DNA of 63,707 bases, filler included, from Octopus bimaculoides (Eukaryota): NCBI RefSeq assembly GCF_001194135.2. It is 11 parts of 10 records of this genome, joined end to end, with 100 filler letters (N's around TTAATTAATTAA, not from the genome) between each part and the next. Parts side by side here need not be neighbours in the genome. Positions count along the whole stretch, not along the records: positions 9,590 to 27,573 come from NC_069005.1; 10 more parts are not named here. One strand, written 5' to 3'. The position numbers and the translations under genes were made by a program. Positions 13,771 through 27,561 of this stretch are shown piece after piece. Within the stretch, counting starts at the first letter, position 1. Every line of letters begins with the position of its first letter. The notes beneath the pieces were generated by a model, which worked only from the letters and a program-made list of their open reading frames with translations, did no database searches and was not told where the DNA came from.

Positions 13771-14382
13771 ACGCTGTTGGCCAGGTGGGCAGTCCTGTGA
13801 CGTATAAGACCAACATCGTGACATTTTCCCTTGGACATGACACCAGGTCGTCACAGAGTTGTTCGTTCACAGCCAAGTGGAGTGGAGTGGAGCGATGCGA
13901 AACGAAGTGTTTATGCTCAAGAACACAACATGTCCCATCAGTTTGGGAATGAAACCCATGAGCTCGTGATTGTGAGTGCTCCATCATGGCCACGAGGCAA
14001 GTTGATCCTTTTATTGATAAACATCCAGGTGAAGGTAAAACGCGGGCAGGGAAATGGATTCAAACAGGTCGAGGTTTTGGGAAGGAAGGAACGAAGGAAC
14101 AAAGGAAGGAGTAGAGGGAGGGGTAGCGTTTTAGTTCTTGGGTTTGGCTTCCCTGCCACAATTCTCTGTTTTTGATGTTGCTGTTGTTGTCTTTGTCAGA
14201 AACTTTTATAGTTCTTTATTAATGCCATTTTTTTCTTTTATTTCGTCATATCAACAGGTTCCTTGTCCTCTCAGGTGTGTACAGTGTGTATATATCTGTG
14301 CTTGTTTATGTATATATATATATATATATATGTATTTGTATATTGTATGTGTGTGTGTATATATAGATATGTGTGTGTTTAT

Positions 14383-14445
<63 letters not shown>

Positions 14446-15162
14446 CGAATTTACTGAAAACAAAAGATGAAGACAGGTGAAGGAACAACAAGCAGGTGTA
14501 TTAGTTTGGCACTCAGGAAGAATGGAAAAGTCTTTGATGTTTCAAGCCTATGCTCTTCGACAGAAAGTGATGAGAAGGGAAAAAAAGGAGAGAAAACAAA
14601 AAAATGGGGAGAGAAAAATAATGTGTAGGGGTTTACGGTTCAACATGATGAAATCATGTGTGTGTGTTATATGTTTGTATATTTTCTTTGTTTTTGTATG
14701 GATGTACTTCTGTGTTGTGTATACATGTGTGTATATTTGTATGTATGTGTGTGTATGTACGTTTGTATCACTTCCTGTGTGTGTATTTTTCCATGCATTG
14801 TGTAGATATCTGTCTGTGTGTATATATGTTTGTATTTTCCTTGTGTGTGTTTTTGTTGTGTACGTGTACACATGTATGTAAATGTGTATATATTATGTGT
14901 GTGTTTATTTCTCCATACATTGTATGTGTGTGTGTCTGTATATATATGTTTGTATCTACTTTATGAATTTGTGTTGTGTGTATGTGTGTGTATAGTCAAT
15001 AGATAAGATCCAGAGATTCTGATTATAGAAGACACTTAGTTCTCAGATGATTCAAACTTAGGCTCCGATGTCTTTACAGGGAATCGATTCCACGGGGTTA
15101 AGAATAGCTAAAAGAAGGATCCACTTGAGCAGATATTGAGACAATTATGCAGATAAACAAAT

Positions 15163-15355
15163 TACTCTTTTACTTGTTTCAATCATTTGACTGTGGCCAT
15201 GCTGGAGCACCGTCTTTAGTCGAGCAAATCGACCCCAGGACTTATTCTTTGTAAGCCTAGTACTTATTCTAGTAGGCACTTTCGCCAAACCGCTAAGTTA
15301 CGGGGACGTAAACACACCAACATCGGTTGTCAAGCGATGGTGGAGGGACAAACAT

Positions 15356-15403
<48 letters not shown>

Positions 15404-15555
15404 GATGGGCTTCTTTCAGTTTCCGTCTACCAAATCCACTCACAAGGTTTTGGTCAGCCCAAGGCTATAGTAGAAGACACTTGCCCAAGGTGCCACGCAG
15501 TGGGACTGAACCCAGTACTATGTGGTTCGTAAGCAAGCTACTTACCACACAGCCA
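15163..15555 (-). mobile_element. tRNA-headed SINE, family A
   Basis: Same consensus. Other copies or pieces: 16906-17157(+), 18628-18800(+), 25162-25330(+), 27245-27336(-), 28178-28473(-), 38255-38465(+), 38480-38690(-), 39305-39605(+), 44272-44940(+), 52337-52592(+). Confidence 0.85.
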
Positions 15556-16199
15556 CATTAAATATAACAGTTTTGGTATGAATTACAAAATATGAATATA
15601 TACATGCAAAACCATCGTTTAACATCCACTTTTCCATGTTTGCATGGGTTGGGAAGAATTTGTGGAGGCAGATTTTCTACTTTCGGAATGCTCATCCTGT
15701 CACCAACCTTCACCCGTTTCCAAGTAAGGTTTATAGTTCCCCATGGCCAGACATGGTTTTTGAGGAGAATTGGAAACAGACACTGCTTGCATGACAGAGA
15801 CTCTTGTTTACAACTGTCATGTGATGTGAAGGAGACGGACAGGCACACGCATGCACATGAAGGGTTTCTTTCTGTTTCTGTCTACCAAATCCACTCAAGG
15901 ATTTGGGATGTCCTGAGACTAAAGTCAAAGAAACTTGCCCAAGGTGTCATGTGGTGGGACTGAACCTGGAACCATGTGGTTGGGAAGCAGACTTCTTACC
16001 ACACAGGCTCACACACGTGTGTGTGTTTTTGTTTTTTGCGTGTGAATTTTTCTCTGTGTGTGTGTGTTAGTGTAGATATGTTGGTACTTTTTTTGTATGT
16101 GTGTATTTCTGTGTATATGTTTATTTTTTCTTTGTGTATGTGTGTGTATAAACAAGCACATTTGTCAGTCAGAAAATACACACACACACATTACACAGA

Positions 16200-16248
<49 letters not shown>

Positions 16249-19200
16249 NNNNNNNNNNNNNNNNNNNNNNNNNNNNNNNNNNNNNNNNNNNNNNNNNNNN
16301 NNNNNNNNNNNNNNNNNNNNNNNNNNNNNNNNNNNNNNNNNNNNNNNNNNNNNNNNNNNNNNNNNNNNNNNNNNNNNNNNNNNNNNNNNNNNNNNNNNNN
16401 NNNNNNNNNNNNNNNNNNNNNNNNNNNNNNNNNNNNNNNNNNNNNNNNNNNNNNNNNNNNNNNNNNNNNNNNNNNNNNNNNNNNNNNNNNNNNNNNNNNN
16501 NNNNNNNNNNNNNNNNNNNNNNNNNNNNNNNNNNNNNNNNNNNNNNNNNNNNNNNNNNNNNNNNNNNNNNNNNNNNNNNNNNNNNNNNNNNNNNNNNNNN
16601 NNNNNNNNNNNNNNNNNNNNNNNNNNNNNNNNNNNNNNNNNNNNNNNNNNNNNNNNNNNNNNNNNNNNNNNNNNNNNNNNNNNNNNNNNNNNNNNNNNNN
16701 NNNNNNNNNNNNNNNNNNNNNNNNNNNNNNNNNNNNNNNNNNNNNNNNNNNNNNNNNNNNNNNNNNNNNNNNNNNNNNNNNNNNNNNNNNNNNNNNNNNN
16801 NNNNNNNNNNNNNNNNNNNNNNNNNNNNNNNNNNNNNNNNNNNNNNNNNNNNNNNNNNNNNNNNNNNNNNNNNNNNNNNNNNNNNNNNNNNNNNNNNNNN
16901 NNNNNGGAAACTGAAAGAAGCCCATCCTATATATGTATATATATATGTGTGTGTGTGTGTGTCTGTGTTTGTCCCCCCACCATCGCTTGACAACCGATGC
17001 TGGTGTGTTTACGTCCCCGTAACTTAGTGGTTCAGCAAAAAGAGACCGATAGAATAAGTACTAGGCTTCCAAAGAATAAGTGCTGGGGTCAATCTTCTCG
17101 ACTAAAGGCGGTGCTCCAGCATGGCCGCAGTCAAATGACTGAAACAAGTAAAAGAGTATCCATTCGCTTTCACGTTCAGAAGGTTTTAACCCTGTTGAGA
17201 CTAACCTCTCTGAGATTACCTGTAGTTTTTGGATGCAAACGTTTCCATTTTAAAGAGATCAAAATGAAAGCGTTCCATCAAAATTCCATGTTAAGTTATG
17301 TCCAAAATACCACCTTGGACCCTTTAGCATTTAAAGCCAGCCATGTCCCATGCAAAAATATTCTGCCTGTTTTAAGTTAAAAACCAACCAGATCTGGCTT
17401 CTCACACCTCGCCTATAATGTCATTGTAAAAATAAACAATCACATCTTTGAAATATCAAAGCTAAGATAATGCATGATTAATTCAAAACAATGTGGATAA
17501 ATAAGAATTATATTTGATAAAATAATCTGAATGCTAAAGGGGGTTAAACCAGCCATTTATGGTTCATATATTCAACCTGTTTTATGTTCAGACCAACCAG
17601 ATCTGACCTCTCCCACTTACCCTTAAATGTCATTCTAAAAATAATTACATCATTGAGATGAAATCAAACTAAATTCAGATTGGAGCCTGGTTCACCAGTC
17701 CTCAGTCAAATCGTCCAATCCATGCTAGCATGGAAAGTGGATGTTAAACAATGATGATAATGATGATGATGAAATTTTAAAGCTACAAAATAATCCGTNN
17801 NNNNNNNNNNNNNNNNNNNNNNNNNNNNNNNNNNNNNNNNNNNNNNNNNNNNNNNNNNNNNNNNNNNNNNNNNNNNNNNNNNNNNNNNNNNNNNNNNNNN
17901 NNNNNNNNNNNNNNNNNNNNNNNNNNNNNNNNNNNNNNNNNNNNNNNNNNNNNNNNNNNNNNNNNNNNNNNNNNNNNNNNNNNNNNNNNNNNNNNNNNNN
18001 NNNNNNNNNNNNNNNNNNNNNNNNNNNNNNNNNNNNNNNNNNNNNNNNNNNNNNNNNNNNNNNNNNNNNNNNNNNNNNNNNNNNNNNNNNNNNNNNNNNN
18101 NNNNNNNNNNNNNNNNNNNNNNNNNNNNNNNNNNNNNNNNNNNNNNNNNNNNNNNNNNNNNNNNNNNNNNNNNNNNNNNNNNNNNNNNNNNNNNNNNNNN
18201 NNNNNNNNNNNNNNNNNNNNNNNNNNNNNNNNNNNNNNNNNNNNNNNNNNNNNNNNNNNNNNNNNNNNNNNNNNNNNNNNNNNNNNNNNNNNNNNNNNNN
18301 NNNNNNNNNNNNNNNNNNNNNNNNNNNNNNNNNNNNNNNNNNNNNNNNNNNNNNNNNNNNNNNNNNNNNNNNNNNNNNNNNNNNNNNNNNNNNNNNNNNN
18401 NNNNNNNNNNNNNNNNNNNNNNNNATGCCCTGCAGCAAACGATGTATATGAATTGTCTGCATTCTTGGACAATTCTCTTTGAAAAGTTGTTGTTTTTGTT
18501 GTTGTTGGTAATATCTTTAAAAAAAAAGAAAAAGGAAAAAAAAAAGCCTTTCTCCAGAGTTTAGCATTATTGATGGTTTTACCAAACAAACAAAAAAAAA
18601 AGAAATAAAAGAGAAATTTCTATTATAGGGTGCAGGCATGGCTGTGTGGTTAAGGAGGTTGTTTTTGCAACCAGCTGGTTTCAGGGTTCAATTCCACCCA
18701 TTGCATAGCAGCTTGCACATGTGTTTGTATTACAGCCCCGAGCCAACCAAAGCCTTGTTAGTGGATTTGGTAGACAGAAACTGAAAGAAGCCTGTTGTCA
18801 TTGCTAGTGTCCAACCCATACTAGCATGGAACATGGATGTTAAATGACGACGGTGGTGATGGTGTGTGTGTGTGTGTCTCTCCTTGTCTTGACATTGTGT
18901 GACAGTTGTAAAATGATTGTCACTGTCATACAAGCAGTGTCGTTTCCTTTCCAATGCTCTGCGAAAACATTGTCTAGCCACGAGGGAATTATTTACCTTG
19001 CTTGAAAACAAGAGTTGGCCACAGGAAGAGCATCCGGCTACAGAAAACCTGCTTCAAATAAACTCCATCCAGCCTATGCAAGTATAGAAAATTGGGTGTT
19101 AAATGATGATGGTGATGTGTGTGCGTGTGTCTTTGTGCCTGCATTTCCCCCCGTTTGGCAACCAATGTTGGTTTGTTTACATCCCTGTAACTTAACAGTT

Positions 19201-19301
19201 CATTGACAGAAGAGTAATCTAAACACTAAAAGGTTAAAGCTAATTATGAAATGTTTACATTTTATAAGGAAATATTTGCGTTTATGTAATGTTTACATTG
19301 A

Positions 19302-19700
<399 letters not shown>

Positions 19701-20540
19701 TGATCCAAACTTTGTTTTAAAGTTATCTAAAACCTTCCATCAGAATTTTGTGGTTCCAAACACCAGTTTAATAAACAAACAAAGCAGTTGTGTTTCCACA
19801 GAAATATCCAAGTCATACGGTTTGGCTTCTAGATTTTTCTATCATGTTTGTCGTAATTCCTTTTGATACAAGCATTCCTCAGGCCATCCTTATTCCTATG
19901 AAAAACCTTCCGTTAAAATTTCACGTTAATTCATGATCCAAATACCAGTTTAATAATGGCGAAATTAATTTACTAAATTCTTCATTCATCATCGTTTAAC
20001 GTCCGCTTTCAATGCTAGCATGGGTTGGACGATTTGACTGAGGACTGGTGAAACCGGATGGCAACACCAGGCTCCAATCTGATTTGGCAGAGTTTCTACA
20101 GTTGGATGCCCTTCCTAACACCAACCACTCAGAGAGTGTAGTGGGTGCTTTTACGTGTCACCCGCACGAAGGCCAGTCAGGCGGTACTGGCGATGGCCAC
20201 GCTCAAAATGGTGTATTTTATGTGCCACCCGCACAGGAGCCAGTCCAGGGGCACTGGCAATGATCTCTCTCATTGTTTTCAAAAATAATTGTACCAAAGC
20301 AGGAATATTTTACAGGAATATCGAAGTCATATGACATAGCTTCCAGATCTTTCTATCATGTTTGTCTTGACCCTTTTCATACCAACCTGCCTGAGACCTC
20401 CCTTGGTTCTATTATACAAAAACCCTGTTTGTATTAAAACCAAGAAACTAGTCTGTTAGAGAATCTCTGTTCGAGACAAGCAATCCTTTAAATTTCATGT
20501 TAATTTATGATCCAAACACCAGCTTAATAATGAGTTATTT

Positions 20541-20946
20541 TACTCTTTTACTTGTTTCAGTCATTTGACTGCGGCCATGCTGGAGCACCGCCTTTTGTCG
20601 AGCAAGTCGACCCCAGGACTTATTCTTTGTAAGCCTAGTACTTATTCTATCGGTCTCTTTTGCCGAACCGCTAAGTTCTGGGGATGTAAACACACCAGCA
20701 TCGGTTGTCAAACGATGTTGGGAGGACAAACACAGACACACAAACATATACACACATATATATATATATATATACATATATACGACTGGCTTCTTTCAGT
20801 TTCCGTCTACCAAATCCACTCACAAGGCTTTGATCGGCCCGAGGCTATAGTAGAAGACACTTGCCCAAGGTGCCACGCAGTGGGAATGAACCCGGAACCA
20901 TGTGGTTGGTAAGCAAGTTACTTACCACACAGCCATTCCTGCGCTA
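20541..20946 (-). mobile_element. tRNA-headed SINE, family A (full length, PTEN intron)
   Basis: Minus strand head gcaggaatggctgtgtggtaag..ggttccgggttcattcc (Pol III A/B-box-like), (TG)n linker, tail ..atgactgaaacaagtaaaagagta. Confidence 0.85.
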
Positions 20947-21554
20947 TAATAATTACTAATTATTTTTTAAATTATTTGAAACAAAAGCAGTGTATTTCAA
21001 CAGAAATATGACAACAAATGGGTTAATTGCCCCATCAGCTCTGATCAAGCAGACTTGCGATCAAATGTATGCCAACCCTTGTTTTTTATAATTTAATTTC
21101 ATGTATGTATTTGTTTGATTTAGTGTGTAGAGGATTACATTAACCTTGCGTGTCCTTTCCAAAGATAACACAGCGATTTTGCTGCTATTTCTAGCAGGCT
21201 ACGTAACTGCATAAGGTTGTTGTCATGTTTAGCTACGAGATAATGCATGGATTAATTCAAAACAATGTAAATAAGTATTACATTTGACATAGTAACCTGA
21301 ATGCTAAAAGAGTTATGAGGCCAGACATCCCTGAGCCAAATATTCTACCTGTTTTATGCTCAAACCAGTCAGATCCAGCCTCTCACACCTAGCCTACAAT
21401 GTCATTCTAAACACAAGCAATCGCTTCATCGAAATCTTGACGCTTTGACATAATGCACAATTAATATAAAAAACAATGTGAACAAATAAGCATTGCATTC
21501 GAAAGAGTTATCTGAACTGCGAGTTGAAACACTAACTTATCTCCCTTTGTATAG

Positions 21555-21782
<228 letters not shown>

Positions 21783-21910
21783 TAATGCCTGATTCACACA
21801 GCACACGTGTGTATATGAACACACACACACACACACATGCACATATGTGCTTGAATATATATATATATATATATATCTGTAAAAATATGTGGCACTTATT
21901 CGGTAGCCAA

Positions 21911-21971
21911 GATAAAACTCCGAGTTTCGGATACCAGGGTGGGAATCCACACCAACATCTCTTCAGTTATC
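21911..21971 (-). ncRNA. Type I hammerhead motif (family A), left arm of intronic foldback
   Basis: Minus strand reads gataa-CTGAAGA-gatgttggtgtggattcccaccctggtatcc-GAAA-ctcggaGTT-ttatc. Confidence 0.65.
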
Positions 21972-22007
21972 CGGCCATTGAAAATTCCTGTGGATTTTCA
22001 ATGACCG

Positions 22008-22066
22008 GATAACTGAAGAGATGTTGGCGTGGGTTCCCACCCCAGCATCCGAAACTCAGTTTTATC
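22008..22066 (+). ncRNA. Type I hammerhead motif (family A), right arm of intronic foldback, sense to PTEN
   Basis: GATAA/TTATC stem I; CTGAAGA 22013-19; stem II GATGTTGG/CCAGCATC plus a bulged C and inner GTGG/CCAC hairpin; GAAA 22051-54; stem III ACT-C-AGT; GUU ending 22061. Confidence 0.65.
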
Positions 22067-22222
22067 ACGGCTACCGAATAAGTGTCACATATTTTTACAC
22101 ATAAATTCCTCTATTTTCATAATATCGAGATCTCTTTCTTTCTTTTGTTGTCTTTTCTATCAATATATACATACATATATATATATATCACACATATGCT
22201 TACATACATTTACATGCTATTT

Positions 22223-22429
22223 TACAGGGTGTGCGTGTCCATAAATAACCTTTACAGTTAGAAAAATTAAGAAAAAAAACGAAAAGGATAATTCAGTAGA
22301 ATTTTTTGGAAAACAAATCAAATATTATTAGAGACATCAGAACACTTCCATTTGGAGTTCACTGGTTACATGCAACCTGCTGAGCTCTCATATGCTTTTT
22401 CAAATAGTAGAGGTAATTTCTGGACACCC

Positions 22430-22432
<3 letters not shown>
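22223..22432. mobile_element. Tc1/mariner-type MITE
   Basis: tacagggtgt...ggacaccctg termini (imperfect). Confidence 0.5.
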
Positions 22433-22462
<30 letters not shown>

Positions 22463-22933
22463 GCTTACATTTACGAAAACATACAACCATACATAAATAC
22501 ACACATTTCTCTTTCTTTGTCTCTCCTCATACATACATACATACATACATACATACATACATACACACTCATACATTTATGCATACATTGACAAAAGTCT
22601 ACAGGTATTACTGTACATAGTTTCTGGAATGCTGGTTGAAATTCTGTGCCATCATGATCTTGTGGAAGATTCTTGGCGGTTTTGCTCCAAACTTTGGTCC
22701 TCAAAAAAGAGGAAACACGAGTAATAACAGACACCTCCAAATCCTCATTATGTGAGAGCGACTTCCACCACACTGTCAATCCCTCTGTTTGAGATCCTGA
22801 ATTTTTTAGAAGACTCAATATTGCTGCAGCTAGGTCTTAACCAAGATAGCTAACAGAAATTAAAGAATATATATGCATGAATACATATGTACATGCATAT
22901 ATACGTACATTTACACACAGCTAGAGATATATA

Positions 22934-23327
22934 TCTCTTTTACTTGTTTCAGTCATTTGACTGTGGCCATGCTGGAGCACCGCCCTTGGTCGAGCAAATC
23001 GACCCCAGGACTTATTCTTTGTAAGCCTAGTACTTATTCTATCGGTCTCTTTTGCCGAACCGCTAAGTTACGGGGACGTAAACACACCAGCATCGGTTGT
23101 CAAGCGATGTTGGGGGGACAAACACAGACACACAAACATATACACACACATACACATATATACGACGGGCTTCTTTCAGTTTCCGTCTACCAAATCTACT
23201 CACAAGGCTTTGGTCGGCTCGAGGCTATAGTAGAAGACACTTGCCCAAGGTGCCACGCAGTGGGACTGAACCTGGAACCATGTGGTTGGTAAGCAAGCTA
23301 CTTACCACACAGCCACTCCTACGCCTA
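22934..23327 (-). mobile_element. tRNA-headed SINE, family A
   Basis: Near-identical to 20541-20946. Confidence 0.85.
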
Positions 23328-23653
23328 TATATGTACTGATCAAATGTATGTGTTGGACATCAGCTCAATCCCTCCATGAAATCAAATGGTTGCACGGTGT
23401 ACCACATGTCAGATGTCAAAGTGACCATAGAAACAACAAGGTTAAATATTTCGCTCGAGAGCACAAGGCACTGCTAGGTCCAGGAATTGAAACCACAATC
23501 TTGCGATTGTTTGTTCAACACCTTGACCACTGGACCACATGCCCACACACACACACAACCATATCTACAGCATCCATACACACAGTCTGTCCTCTGTCTT
23601 ATTGTTATATCTGAGACCTCATCTACCACCACCCACCCACCCACCAACTGTAA

Positions 23654-24275
<622 letters not shown>

Positions 24276-24724
24276 TGTGTGTGTATATATATATATATAT
24301 ATACACACACACANNNNNNNNNNNNNNNNNNNNNNNNNNNNNNNNNNNNNNNNNNNNNNNNNNNNNNNNNNNNNNNNNNNNNNNNNNNNNNNNNNNNNNN
24401 NNNNNNNNNNNNNNNNNNNNNNNNNNNNNNNNNNNNNNNNNNNNNNNNNNNNNNNNNNNNNNNNNNNNNNNNNNNNNNNNNNNNNNNNNNNNNNNNNNNN
24501 NNNNNNNNNNNNNNNNNNNNNNNNNNNNNNNNNNNNNNNNNNNNNNNNNNNNNNNNNNNNNNNNNNNNNNNNNNNNNNNNNNNNNNNNNNNNNNNNNNNN
24601 NNNNNNNNNNNNNGGAGATATGCTCTGGATGTCATTTTAAATGTTAAACACAAATTATCAATGGAAAATAATTAAAAAAACATTTCATGTTAATGCAAAA
24701 GTTCTAAGAGGAAATAAAACAATA

Positions 24725-25075
24725 TTAACGGGCACTCAGAACGCAAACGTCCTTGCAACAATTAGCCAGAGATGATTTTTAAAATAATATCTGAAATAAA
24801 CTCAAATGCTCTCACAAATGAGAATACTAAAAATGAACCCAGCCACTCTCAAAAATTAATAAAAAAAAAAAAAAAAACAGGAAAAATAATCCAGAATCCT
24901 TGTCCGGTACCGGATCGATCCCAAAGTCTAATCAGTTTGTGCCAGTCACGCGGCCAAACATCCCTGAAAGTTTTATCTGAATCCAACCAGCGGTTCTTGA
25001 GATATTTTGTCCACGGACAAACAAACAAATATAATTGAACAACGCCTCTGCCTTCGCTGACGCTGAGGTAACAAA
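24725..25075 (+). mobile_element. Possible non-autonomous Helitron/Helentron-like element
   Basis: (ACAA)n tract followed by 3' hairpin cctc..gccttcgc..gc.gaggtaa. Similar architecture at about 56883-57203 ((CAGA)n..tatatatagat) and 29110-29470. Confidence 0.4.
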
Positions 25076-25978
25076 ACAAATATTATTGAAGGGAGGTAAT
25101 TCAATTTGAAGTTTTGCCTTTCCTCATTCACACACACACAGTAGAAAAATAATAAAGTAGGCACAGGCGTAGCTGTGTGGTAAGAAGCATGTTTTCCAAC
25201 TGCATAGTTCTGGGTTCAGACCCACTGCATGGCACCTTGGGCAAATGTATTCTGCTACACCTCCAGGCTGACTAAAATCTTGTGAGCAAAATTGGTCGAT
25301 GGAAACTGAATGAAGCCTCCTGTTGTATTCATGTGTGTGACTTACTCTTTGTTGTCCTCTTCCCCACCACTTGACGACTTCTTATGCTGTAAGAAGCAGA
25401 GACACTCCCAGTGATGCTTTTTACAAAAGACATTCATTTTCAGATTTTCTTATTTTTTCCACATATTTCATCAAATATCTCTTTACAGGCAAGATGAGTC
25501 CCTTTACCCCCTGGGAGTCGTTGTGGGGCTACAGCCATGCAGTGTATCTAGGGTGAGAAAGCCTGGCAGAGCCCATCCCTCTCTGGGCTAAACTCATTTC
25601 TACAGTTGAGTGGACTGGAGCAACGTGAAACAAAACGAATGTCACCATCATGCAAGTGGTGTCTGTTGTTTCTAGTCTTCTGCGAAAACATGTTTGGCCA
25701 TGGGGAAATATTACCTTACTTACAAACAGATGAGGGTTGGTGACAGGAAAGGTATTTGGCTGGAGAAAATCTGCCTCTGCAAATTCCATCTGACTCATGC
25801 CAGCATAGGAAAGTGGATCCTAAATAATAATGATGATGTATGTATGTATGCATCCATCCATCCATCCATCCATCCAGTTTTGAAAACAATTTTAGAATCT
25901 TTCTCATCTTCTCCATTCACTTTGAACTGTACACTTTTGCTTCCTCATTGAATTCCCATCTTCTCTTTCCACTTTCAG

Positions 25979-26145
25979 CTCCATACTTTGTAATCTACCA
26001 CTCCAAAATTAGATTGTGTGCCTCCCAAGTATATGAACAGGTGAAAAAAGGCATCTGTTTTTTTGATATGGAACTTCATAAGCAGCAGCCAGTCTGCAGT
26101 GATATAAAGATAGAATTTTTTAATAAGCCTAAACGAATGAAAAAG
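25979..26145 (+). CDS. PTEN: PTEN orthologue, exon equivalent to human exon 7 (C2 domain): (S)PYFVIYHSKIRLCASQVYEQVKKGICFFDMELHKQQPVCSDIKIEFFNKPKRMKK
   Basis: PVCSDIKIEFF matches human PVCGDIKVEFF. 167 bp like human exon 7. tttcag acceptor, gtaaga donor, phase 1/0 fits the upstream exon. Confidence 0.94.
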
Positions 26146-26548
26146 GTAAGACTTCCTGACGGTCAGTTTTTTTTCCACTTCGCCTAACCAAAGCATCTTC
26201 ATATGTTTGTCCTAAACATCCATGCTTGTTTTTCAGATTGTTACTTAGAGATTAATTTGGTTTAGTTGCCAGGTATGAGGTGATCATATGACCTAGGGTG
26301 TTGCACTCACAATCACAAGGTCATAGTTTCAATTCCTGAAGCAGGTGGTGCATTGTAGTCTTGAATATTTTGTGTTGCTCTGCGATCACTTCAATATCTG
26401 ACATGTGCCACACCCTACAACTGTACAGATAGCGTTGATTTGACAGAGGGTGTGAGCTAATGTACAGCACAAATATTACATTTTGGCAGAGTAATATGAG
26501 CACCAAAATGATAATCTATTGTCAGTATTAATACAGACAATAGATTAA

Positions 26549-27162
26549 CCCTTTAGTGTTCATAATACTCTGCCGGATGTAATGCTTGTTTATTCACATT
26601 ATTTTGAATTAATCCTGCTGCATTATTTGGTAGCTTTGAGATTTTGATGACGTGCCAGCTGTCTGGCTTCCATGCCAGGGGCACGTAAGTAGCACCATTT
26701 GAGCGTGATCGTTACTAACGTCGCCCTCCTGGCACGTGAAAAGACATTTGAGCGAGGCGTTGCCAGTGCCGCTGGACTGGCTCCTGTGCAGGTGGCATGT
26801 AAAATACACCATTTCGAGCATGGCTGTTGCCAGTACCTCCTGACTGGCCTTCGTGCTGGTGGCACGTAAAAACACCCACTACACTCTCGGAGTGATTGGC
26901 GTTAGGAAGGGCATCCAGCTGTAGAAACTCTGCCAAATCAGATTGGAGCCTGGTGTAGCCATCTGGTTCGCCAGTCCTCAGTCAAATCGTCCAACCCATG
27001 CTAGCATGGAAACTGGACGTTAAACGACGATGATGATGATGATGATTGTTCATTCTTAGAATGGCATTGTTGGGTTGGTGTGACATACCAGCTCTGGCCA
27101 GTTTGAACATAGAACAGGTTGAATATTTGGGCCACATATGACTGGTATAAATGCAAAAGGGG
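26549..27162 (-). mobile_element. piggyBac-like MITE interrupted by a (GAT)n-tailed retroposon (about 26655-27048)
   Basis: TTAA at 26545-48 and 27163-66; CCC/GGG ends; the inserted element ends ..gcatggaaactggacgttaaacgacgatgatgat. Confidence 0.75.
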
Positions 27163-27351
27163 TTAAATCTGCCATCTAAGAACTGTTGCACTCTCTTTCC
27201 ATTAGGTTTGCAGCCAGTTTCTGTCTCCTTGGATTGATTCAAGGCTGTGGTAAGAGATACTTGCTCAAGGTGCCATACACTGGGATTGAAATGGCAATCC
27301 TATAGTTACAGAGCAAACTGCTTAACCACATAGCCATTTATGCCTCATATG

Positions 27352-27561
27352 TATGAGGCAGATGCTGAAAAGTTCCTGGCTTTAGTTAAAAGAAAATACA
27401 GGAGAATCAGTTAATTATGATTTTATTCAACATATTCCCTTCTCAGACTCACACGCTTATTGCAGCGGTCCTTCAGTTTTTTTAAGCCCTGCAAAAAAAC
27501 TCAGAAGGTTGGGCCTGTCATGATACTCTTAAAGCCAGGATCTTTTCAGCACCCACTCATA
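27352..27561. mobile_element. Mariner-derived MITE
   Basis: TIRs tatgagg..gctgaaaagttcctggcttt / aaagccaggatcttttcagcacccactcata with TA ends. Confidence 0.75.

Larger units (their letters stand above)
21878..22099. repeat. 222-bp foldback (about 108-bp inverted arms, about 3-nt loop) in PTEN intron
   Basis: tgtaaaaatatgtggcacttattcggtagc...ttgaaaattcc is the near reverse complement of ggattttcaa...gctaccgaataagtgtcacatatttttaca. Confidence 0.9.
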
